DNA of 64,000 nt, from contig CM035359.1 in the NCBI GenBank assembly GCA_020137815.1, forward strand, positions 2,728,001-2,792,000, read 5' to 3'. The DNA comes from Hormiphora californensis (Eukaryota > Animalia > Ctenophora). Of the stretch, positions 16,130-26,816 are shown in pieces; positions within the stretch are counted from its first letter, which is position 1; each line of letters opens with the position of its first letter. Made by a program: the position numbers and the translations under genes. The notes under the pieces are model-generated. The model was not told the DNA's origin. It was given only the letters and a program-made list of their open reading frames with translations, and made no database searches.

Positions 16130-16730
16130 AATATAAATTTGAATAACCTTTAAAAAAAGAGTTGCTTGTTTGTCTCTACCTCTAAAATGACCTTAAAATG
16201 ATCATTCATGATCATTAATGATCATTCACTGTCACTGAATGATCATTCATGATTACTTCATAATATGCCGAATATCTCTCTCTATCCCTCTCTCACACTC
16301 TCTCACTCTCTATTTCCAGCACTTGATAGTTGATATGCAGACCAATGCATTAGTAGTCATGACGCCACTGCACCTGGTACATGGCTGACAGCCAACCGAG
16401 GAAAGTGCAATAATCTAAAGGAGGTCATGTGATAAACACAAGCCTATAGCTAGGGGTAACCTGAGCATGTGACCATATGGCATATGGCATATTATGTGAC
16501 AAACACAAACCAATAGAGAATGTCACATGACGTGCCCATGTGCTAATGTCACGTGATATGTCACGTGATCACGTGACATATCACGTGATGTGACGTCATA
16601 TACACGACCACGTGATAAGTCACGTGATGTGACGTCATATGCCCATATTTGGACATGTGATGACGTCATATGCCCAAATATGGTGTGGCTCACTTTTAGG
16701 TGAGACAGCGGGGCTATTTTACCTACTACT
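16130..16730 (-). repeat. Right terminal inverted repeat of the mini-Polinton
   Basis: Reverse complement of the left TIR, plus a 63-bp segment (16387-16449) absent from the left copy. Confidence 0.88.
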
Positions 16731-18674
16731 CGTCTCAACGCAGTCTAAAGGAAAATCGATGAAAGTACCGTCTAGACAACGTCTCAACTGAAACCGGTCA
16801 ACATACCGTCTAAACAACGTCTAGACAACGTCTAAACAGAATCTCGCGATTCAGTTTCAAATACCGTCTAGACAACTTCTCCAGCAATTTCGATACGAAT
16901 ACCGTCTAAACAACGTCTAGACAACGTCTTAAGCGAATCCGATACAGATACCGTCTAAACAACGTCTCATAACCGACACTATCTATCACTGATAGTATCA
17001 GCCATAGACAGTATATTTGAAGTTGGGTACGAAAATTACCGGGAGGATAACCCCTTTCCCGTCCCCGAGCATCGCGGTACGACTGTGCTGGTTAAACACA
17101 TGTGTAATTTTCATTCAATAGGCACACATCTACCACTAATTCCAACTGGCATGGGTAATCCAGAATGGTCTTCGAAAACGGTCGAGTCTAGACATCATTA
17201 TTTGAGACGTTGTCTAGACGTTGTTTAGACGGTATTCTTATCGAAATTGCTGGAGAAGTTGTCTAGACGGTATTTGAAACTGAATCGCGAGATTCTGTTT
17301 AGACGTTGTCTAGACGTTGTTTAGACGGTATGTTGACCGGTTTCAGTTGAGACGTTGTCTAGACGGTACTTTCATCGATTTTCCTTTAGACTGCGTTGAG
17401 ACGTACTTTTAAAACTCCGTCTGAAATACAGACGGAGTTCTAAAAGTCCGTCTCAACGTCTGGTACAATTTTCAGACGTGCCGTCTCAACTTCGGACGGA
17501 TACCGTCTAGACACCGTCCAGACGCCGTCCAGACGCCGGGACGGTACCGTCTAGACACCGTCTAGAGACCGTCTGATACCGTCGCAACACCGTCTGATAC
17601 CGTCTATAACCCGTCTAGAGACCGTCTGATACCGTCTATAACCCGTCTCAAGCAATTTCGGTACCGTTTTTAGCTGATTTCACCGAAACCCGTCCAGACG
17701 GTATACCGTCTAGACGCCGTCTAGACGGCGTTGCGACGCCGTCTAGACGCCGTATGCGGCAAATCAGAAATTGCCGCCAGGGGCCTTTACCTCCAGCAGC
17801 GATGCAATGTAGTTTGTGACATGTGTGTGTGTGTGTGTGTGTGTGTATGAGTGGAAGACTGGGAGTTTGTAATGTCGGGAACCCTTTGTGTACCATGAAG
17901 TAGGATATGAGGCCAGGGAGAGATAGAGAGATAGAGAGAGATATAGAGATAGAGAGATAGGGAGAGAGATAGAGATAGAGATAGAAAGATAGGGAGATAG
18001 AGAGATCATAGAGAGATAGAGAGATAGATCGGTGAACAATAGCTTTGGGCATCGTCACCACTTCCTCCCCCTTGCAAAATGTACTCAATGTGACTCTGTA
18101 TATAATTCCTCTCTATCTCTCTCTCTTTCCCTCTCTCTATCTCTATCTCTCTCTCACCCTCTCCCAACCGCAAATCCCCAATCTTGTGGGTTCACTAACT
18201 CCACTCCATGATAGTTAGTGGTCAATTGTGGTCTTGTCACATTGCAACTTGAACCCAATCAGTTTGGGGACGGCCACGGACCAATCAGGGACTGTTTGGA
18301 GACAGCCACGGACCCATTTGATACGTCACGAAGGTCTTTGTTAAATTGTCACCTCATCTCAGTATCTTTTGATCATCGCCCTGTCACCTTATCGCCCTGT
18401 CACCTCCCTATCAGATAAATTTGCAGTCCCCATTTGTCTCATTTTAGTGGTTGATGAAAGTGTTGATCGCGGTTTTTGTGGTATATCTCACCTTGTCAAC
18501 AACATGGCCGGCCCCTGTGTGAATTTGTGTGTGGTAATGTGTGAATTGCCCCCTCCTTAGTCCTTGTCACAATGTAGTCAATTGTCACCCTGTCATCAAT
18601 ATATCGTGAGAATCACAGTACCACCTCGAGACATCCGATTCCAATTTACTAAAGCTGGGTACAACACCCCAATC

Positions 18675-18761
<87 letters not shown>

Positions 18762-18819
18762 CATGTCCCTGTTGTTAATTGACCCCTCTCACCAGTACAC
18801 ACCTTCTCTGTTAACCTCC

Positions 18820-18939
<120 letters not shown>

Positions 18940-21059
18940 ATTCTCGTTGAGTAATTGTGGCAAGGTGTACTACCCCCAGTCAAGGTGGTGCACTGTGTTG
19001 TGGTTATACTTCCTCCCTCCCCCTCTCTCTCTCTCCCTCTTGCCTCAAACCTACTTTCTCTTCACCTTCACATGCTTCCTCTTCTCTCCCTCCCTCTCCT
19101 TACCTTCTTCTCTCTTTCTCTTCCTCTCCTTCTCACTCAAAACCTAGCTTGTTAAACCTATTATCTTGCCGTGCCCTACTTTTATCCGGGTGGTGAGTGT
19201 ATTTTTAGTAAGTGCCATTACTTGAATGTTAATTTCCAGTATTTTTGAGTCATTTTTCGATACTGTTTCTCTACTTTGAACAAGTTATTGTTTGCGATTT
19301 TGAATTTATTTTCCCATTCTATTTTCTGGGCGATGATTGTTATCATAGCTCAAAAACAAATATATTAGTCCGAGGCTAAAGACTTGTTGAGTAATTCAAC
19401 AACTAAAGACCAGGCCACCAAAGACTTGTGTCTAGGTAAAGAACGTCATAACTCAAGTAGCTCTCTCATGTGACATTTGCAAGAGCCGTGAGTTTTTAAA
19501 TCTCTTCAGTGTTATCTCTATCTCTCTCTCTCTCTCTTTCTGGATTTCATTTTCACCCCAAAGTTTACTGTCCTTCTGAGCGCTGCAATGGTCCATTGAA
19601 CTTTGCCGAGTAATTTTTACTTTTCAACTTTAACAAGAAGAGCTCGATGCTTTTCAGTTTCTCTCCCTCTAACTTTTTTATAATTCTCTTCGATTCCTTT
19701 ATTCCATCGGCTCTAAGTCCCTCTCTTTCGTTCTCCCTCTCTTTCTCTCCCTCTTTCTCTCCTCCTTTTCTCCTATCATTCCACCGATGTTTTCCTATCT
19801 TCTCTAGCAGTCCCGGAATTTTTTATCGATTCGCTTTTTCCAGTCGTCTACATGAAAGACAGGGGGAGAGAAACATAATGATTTATCAAATTGATAGAAA
19901 GAGAGGGAGAGGGAAATAAAGTTTTGAGATTTTTCTGCACGCTTCCAGAGCAGTATAAATCCTGTAAATTTGAAACGATGAACACTATTTAACATTCCTT
20001 CTGAATCGATCTCAAAATTCCATATTTTTATCTTTCTTTCATCCTTTTGTTGACGTCCTAGTTTGTGCAAATCTTTTTTCTGCAGATAATTGCTATTGTT
20101 ATACGGCGAAACAGAGTATTGAGTATTTGAGCCCGGTTGAAACTTTGAAATAATTTGACTCGCACTTGGGCACTTGGCGTCCTAATCTTAACACTCTCTG
20201 CAGGTGTGACTTCCGTGAGAATTCACCTCCCCATCTAGAGAAAGAGAAGTTCACCCCCTCATCATCCCTCCCCCACACCGCGGCCCTGTCCCATGTGTCG
20301 TGTGGCTGCTGCAGAAGCAGATTTGACACACGCGACGTGTTCCCACGGTACCACTGAATGTGGTATTTCACATCTCTCTCTCCCTCAGCCCTCTCCCTCT
20401 CTCTCTCCCTCTCTTTTTATCTCTTTCTCTCAAGATTGACACGGCCTGGTTTCCGGGTTTCAACCCCCTCTCACGGCCTGGGACACCATGATCTCCGGTC
20501 TTGAACAGTTTCTGCAGAAAACACCTCAGTTTGATTAAATGGAAATTGCATTAAAAGAGCAGTACTTGCTCAATGCCCATGGCAACATTACTGATTACTG
20601 CCCTACGTAGTACGCTAATTAACTAATTAAATGCCCTAATTGTCATGCCCTAATCATCTCTTTCGACACGCATGACTCCTGTCCTTTCTTCTTGTGTCCT
20701 TCCTTCCCCCTTTCTTTGGAGGAAAGACCCTACTTGGGGTACCTTATTGTTTGCGTAATGAATTGCCCGCACCGGCTCATTAGCTCAAATTTGAATAACA
20801 ATATCAAACTGTGGGGACTTGCTAGGACTTTCCAAGATCACTTTCACTCCACATCTCTCTTACTCCCTCTCTTTCTGTTACAGCCATTATGGTCACATTC
20901 CCTAAACCTTCCAAAAACAGAGCCTGCAATGCAATTAGACCCACAAAACTCTCGAGTGAGGGAGTGAGAGAGTGAGAGAGATTGAATGAGGTCAGAAGGA
21001 CAAAAGAATCGATGTACCGTGCAGCATGGACTGAATTCAGTTGCAGTGTGGTATAACCA

Positions 21060-21169
<110 letters not shown>

Positions 21170-22379
21170 CTCAGTTCATGTGTTGTCGAGGGCATCGGAT
21201 GCACATGAGTGGACTCTGTTCCCATTGTCTACCTAACCAGAACCCAAGCTTGATCATTTTGTAGACCCGGACTACCTTTATTATTATTATCTGATATAGT
21301 TGTCTTCAGAATTCCTAGTAAAACCCCTCACGTTTCCCAAATCTTGTTCAGTAATTATGCAGTGTTTTTACATGGTGTGTTACTATGGAAACAATGGTAC
21401 GGGGCTACAGCTCTCCTCGTTTTGTTATAACCTCTATTGTAGCCCTAGCTAGCTGTGAGGCGTGTTATAGCCCTATAGCTATAGCTGTGAGGTGTTCCAT
21501 GTGTTCCCCAGACGTAATACATGCTGTATTGTGTGTGGGTGGGTGTCTAGACTAGCTTAGTGTGTGGTTATGTACCTCACTTTATCTCCATCTTTCTCTA
21601 TCTCTCTCATCTCATTTCCACAGGCCGTCTTTCAACTTATTCAACTTTAACTTGTGTTTGGGTGATTCTCTCTGTGTTCGGTAGATCAGTGCTCTTGTTG
21701 TTTGGGTGGGGTTTCAGTGATTAGCTGTACCCTGTTTGCAGCTTGTATAGATTTGTCAGCGGCTTCCCCTCCCCTCATCCCCATGTTGTGGTGCTTGTGA
21801 GGGGAGAGAGGAGAGAGAGAGAGAGAGAGGAGGGATAGGAACTAAAAGAGGATAGAAGGGTAGGGGAAAGGAGAGGAAGGAGAGGAAGGGGAGGGGGAAA
21901 AAAAGGGGGGGGGTTGGGGAAAATTTAAACCCCTCTGGGTTTTTTCGGGCCCTCAAAACCCCACCATACGTTCGAGGGGCCACTAAATTTCCCTTTGAAG
22001 CTTTAAATTTTGGGATTTAGGTCCAAACCCCCCCCCCTCTCCCCTTCCCCTTCACCCTTTTGGATCTAGAAATGAAATCCAGCAAGTGGTTATTTTGTTA
22101 AAATTTTTTTTTTTAATTTTATTTTTTTCTTTGAGGTTTTTGGCCGGGGGGGGGGGGAGCTCGTTTCAATTGAATTTTGGGAAAATTTTTAAGTCCCTGA
22201 TTTGAATTTTTTTTGGTTCTACTTCCTTTTTAAGGGTTTTTTGTAATTGAAAAAGGGGGGCCACTTTTTTAAACCAGGGAATGAATTTTTTTAAAAACAT
22301 TAAATTTGGAACCTAAATATTTCCATTTCCTTTAAGGGCACTAATTAAGGTTTCCCCCTTTTTGGGAAAACCCCCAAAA

Positions 22380-23200
22380 AAAATTTGTCACTCTTCATCA
22401 AATGAATAAAATGTGGTTTTTTGGGCCACGCCCTTATACCTGTATTTTCAGTCATGTGGTCAAAACTGAAAACCATCTTGAGAAACGAGTAGAGAAGAAA
22501 TCAAGGGCACTAAAGTGTGTAGCGTCCTCGCATTAGTGGGGGTAGGTGCCGGAATTAAGTCTCTATCTCATCTGGTTAATTAGATAATTGGATAATTAGG
22601 TATGCGCATAACCGTTTTTTGGCTATATGGCTATAGCCACTTATAAATGGTTTAGAGACTTTTCACTGGTGCCATTTTGTTGGCAATGGCCAAGTTATGG
22701 GGGGTCGACGTCGGACTTTTAAGCTCTATCTCCAACCGTTTAGCCGTTATTTCGATTCAAAAGTGCTGAAAATGAGTAAAAATCGGGCTTTTTCCCGTTT
22801 TTTGCTCATTTTCAGCACCTTAAAAGCCAAATAACGGCTAAACGGTTGAAGATAGAGCTTAAAAGTCCGACGTCGACCCCCTATAACTTGGCCATTGCCT
22901 ACAAAATGGCACCAGTGAAAAGTCTCTAAACCATTTATAAGTGGCTATAGCCATATAGCCAAAAAACGGTTATGCGCATACCTAATTATCCAATTATCTA
23001 ATTAACCAGATGAGATAGAGACTTAATTCCGGCACCTACCCCCACTAATGCGAGGACGCTACACACTTTAGTGCCCTTGATTTCTTCTCTACTCGTTTCC
23101 TAAGATGGTTTTCAGTTTTGACCACATGACTGAAAATACAGGTATAAGGGCGTGGCCCAAAAACCACATTTATTCATTTGATGAAGAGTGACAAATTTTT
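22380..23200. mobile_element. Long near-perfect palindromic (foldback) element
   Basis: ~22385-22780 is the reverse complement of ~22805-23195, with the centre near 22795; the left flank runs into low-quality sequence, so ends and TSD are unresolved. Confidence 0.75.
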
Positions 23201-24133
23201 TTGGTGGTTCTAGGGACCTATTGGAGTGCCCTAGAAGTGGAATCACATTTAGATCAATTATGTTTTTTTTCGGTCCAAAACCGACATCATATGACTGGTC
23301 TACACAGCATGTCAATATTCTGTTGTCCCCTGAGTTCTCTCAGCTCATACAATTTTATAACGCCCACTGCGCATTTTTTGGAGAAATAACACCCGCGGTA
23401 GCGGGCTGATATGACTGAATCCGAAGTGATAAATCTCATAACGCCCGCTATAAAAGTGCAATTTGTTACACGCAAGAATTCACCCAAAAAGGTGTGAAAA
23501 CTCTTTCTTTTGTTTGTGTGTACTGTTGTGTACACACTGTTTCAAAGAGAAAGAGAGATTGACACAACAAGGGGCGGCAGAATGGCGGCAAGAGAGAGAG
23601 ACAAGAGAGACATTGGTAATCTTTATCTCTCTCTATTTAATTAGCACCCAATAGTTCGCTTGTGTGTGTGTGAGTGTCTAGACATGTCTAGACATGTCTG
23701 GAGTTGAAAAGGGAACATATTTGAAGGATTGAAATGAGTTGTGTTGCCTCTCTCTCGCTGTGTCTCGCTGTTTGTTGTTGAACTGTGAAACTTTGATGAT
23801 GTTGAATAGTTTGTCAAATTGAGTTGAAAAACTTGAAAGGGGATTAGTGTTGTTCTCTCCTTGCTTGCAGTGGGCGTTATATGCTATAACACCTTATGTG
23901 TATCAATATCGTCTCCTTGCTCCGCAAGGAGCCGATATGCGTGCATATCGCTCCCCGCGCGGGGTGCGATATACAGATACACACCGGTGTTATAGCACAT
24001 ATAATAACTGCATTTTTACACCAATATTTGGTAACTATAACATTTTATGCAATACTTCCGCATACCAAGCCCCATTACTAAGGCGGGTGTAGTAGTATTC
24101 TGGGAAAGTGTATGTTGTCCCATAGGAATTAAT

Positions 24134-24470
24134 CACGTGAAAGTCACAGCAGTCACGTGATAGTTACAGCAGTCACGTGATTTGTTTATGTTACAGCAGT
24201 CACGTGATTTGTTTATGTTACAGTGGGAGTCACGTGATTTGTTTATGTTACAGCAGTCACGTGATTTGTTTATGTTACAGTGGGAGTCACGTGATTTGTT
24301 TATGTTACAGTAGGAGTCACGTGACGTGTTTATGTTACAGTAGGAGTCACGTGACAGTCACAGCAGTCACGTGATAGTTACAGCAGTCACGTGATTTGTT
24401 TATGTTACAGCAGTCACGTGATTTGTTTATGTTACAGCAGTCACGTGACAGTTACAGTTGTCACGTGATA
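24134..24470. repeat. Minisatellite, 24-27-bp unit containing GTCACGTGA
   Basis: CAGTCACGTGATTTGTTTATGTTACAG-type units repeated more than 10 times. Confidence 0.85.
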
Positions 24471-24589
24471 ATCTCCAGTATGTGTCCCCTCACTTGACCT
24501 CTTTATCCCCCATCACCCGATGAGCGTGCTGCCATGGACCCAACTGTTTAGACCCACTCTCGCTGAAACTGTTTACAACTATCATGGAC

Positions 24590-24676
<87 letters not shown>

Positions 24677-25024
24677 TCTCTATCTCTCTCCAACTATTTA
24701 GACACAATCTCTCAGCTCTCTAACAATATTTACCAACACTGTTGCGTGATCAAGCAGGGGGCTCTAATGGGGGTGTAAATATTTCCCCTTGATTGGTTTT
24801 CCAGGGCTTAGTCTTTCACCCAAAAAGACCTGTTACCCTCTCTCTGAGTGTGTGTTGGCTCAATAATAAAGCATTGTCCTATAATACCCCCCATTTGCTG
24901 GTATGGTAGCTAGTCTTTGATTATATATATGACAGTGCAATTAACGTGCGTGCAGCTGTCACGAGAGAGAAATTCTTTGTTCAACTAATAATATCATCAG
25001 TTTTAGCTATCTATTCGTTCTGAT

Positions 25025-25980
25025 GGGTACCCGCCCTCCCTGCCGACGGACCTCCCTGCCGACGGGTCGGCAGGGAGGTCATTCGGCAGGGAGGGCGGGA
25101 TATAGGGGTATAATGTCCTACGTGCCGACGAGATTGGGATGAGATCGCCGTCGGCACGTAGGACATTTGACCCCTATATTCCGCCCTCCCTGCCGAAAAC
25201 TGACTCCGAGAGAGTATTCGGCAGGGAGGACATTTACCCCTCCTATTCACCCTCTGTACCGACGATCGGCAGGGAGGATATTTCACCCCTCCTTTTACCC
25301 TCTGTACCGACGATCGGTAGGGAGGGCGTTTCACTCCTTCTGTGAGCTCGAGAATTTGGCCGGCAGGCCAAATACGAAGAGTTCACTGTGTATTGTTCCT
25401 CTGAGTATCGTTAGGGTTAGGGGTTAGGGTTAGGGTTAGGGTTAGGGTTAGGGCGGTGGTTAGGGTGGTGGTTAGGGCGGTGGTTAGGGTGATGGTTAGG
25501 GCGATGGTTTGGGTTATGGTTTCGTCGGCACAGAGGGTGAAAAGGAGGGGTAAATGTCCTCCCTGCCGATCGTCGGTAGTGAGGCTGAAAAGGAGGGGTA
25601 AATGTCCTCCCTGCCGACGGCCCTACTTGCCGATCGTCGGTACAGAGGGTAAAAGGAGGGGTAAAATGTCCTCCCTGCCGATCGTCGGTACAGAGGGTAA
25701 AAGGAGGGGTAAAATGTCCTCCCTGCCGACCGTCGGCACAGAGGGTAAAAGGAGGGGTAAAATGTCCTCCCTGCCGACGGCCCTCCCTGCCGATCGGTAG
25801 GGAGGTCCGTCGGCAGGGAGGGCAGAAAATAGGGGTATAATGTCCTACGTGCCGACGGCGATCTCATCCCAATTTCGTCGGCACGTAGGACATTATACCC
25901 CCATATCCCGCCCTCCCTGCCGAATGACCTCCCTGCCGACCCGTCGGCAGGGAGGTCCGTCGGCAGGGAGGGGGTGACTC
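25025..25980. mobile_element. MULE/foldback-like MITE with an internal (TTAGGG)n tract
   Basis: Inverted arms made of CCCTGCCGA/TCGGCAGGG subrepeats; direct repeat TCGTTCTGATG overlapping both ends (25015-25025, 25979-25989); TTAGGG array at 25411-25453 with degenerate 12-mers to ~25520. Confidence 0.75.
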
Positions 25981-26726
25981 GTTCTGATGCACCCTATTGT
26001 GTGATAGCTGTCATTATTGGGTAGCAGTATAGTACCCACAAGGCTTGATATTTCTTATTTCGTGAACCTACAGTTGATTAATATAGCTACCATCTGACAA
26101 ATATTCTCTATAGATTGGGAGGTGCTTGCTATTGCAAATCTTGGCACTCGGGTCCTATTTTGATCTCTCACTCGCCGAGAGAGAGAGAGGGAGAGAGTTT
26201 GATTGCTCAGCTCCCTCAAGGCTTTCACGCCCATTTCCCCTCTCTCTTTGTGTTGTTGTTGTTGTTCTGAGATTACTACCTACACCATGTTTCACCCCCA
26301 TTACCGACCATTAACAGTTCTATATAGTTCTTGAAACATGTTGTCAGATCGTGATTTTGGGCTCCATCGTGATATAGTGTATTTTATTGTAATGGTAACC
26401 GTGGCAACTACCATGAACACTTCACCCCTCACAGTTGATAAAGCTCTTTCTCACTTGCCTAGCTAGACTCTCATGTAAATAAAGGAGGGTTAGAACATAA
26501 CAAGTCCCCCCACTGTACCAAGACAGTACTGTAACAGCTGGTAACAGCCTCTTTTTTTGGCTTGGCCCCATTTTTCTGTCTTTATCTCTTTTACAATATA
26601 TTTGGAGCTTTGTGACTGGAGCTGTGTATTATAATTATATCGCCAGTGTTCACTCAGTAGAGGGTGAAATTATCTGCCAGTGGCGCCCCTTGCATGCAGT
26701 GGTGAGCGAGAGAGAGAGAGAGGGGG

Positions 26727-26775
<49 letters not shown>

Positions 26776-26776
26776 G

Positions 26777-26816
<40 letters not shown>

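Larger units (their letters stand above)
11604..16730. mobile_element. Miniature Polinton/Maverick-like element carrying only virion genes
   Basis: Termini AGTAGTAGG...CCTACTACT; 6-bp TSD CGTCTC at 11598-11603 and 16731-16736; long TIRs (~11604-12125 and ~16130-16730); capsid-like ORFs inside. AGT-repeat termini, long TIRs and a 6-bp TSD are Polinton/Maverick hallmarks. Confidence 0.9.
11144..17775. mobile_element. Foldback/MULE-like non-autonomous element (about 1.5 kb of its own sequence) split by the mini-Polinton
   Basis: Termini GGCAATTTCTGATTTGCCG / CGGCAAATCAGAAATTGCC; 9-bp TSD GCCAGGGGC at 11135-11143 and 17776-17784; long arms made of TCTAGACGG-type subrepeats; the left arm (11144-11603 plus 16737 to ~16925) is the reverse complement of ~17203-17775. 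Confidence 0.88.
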
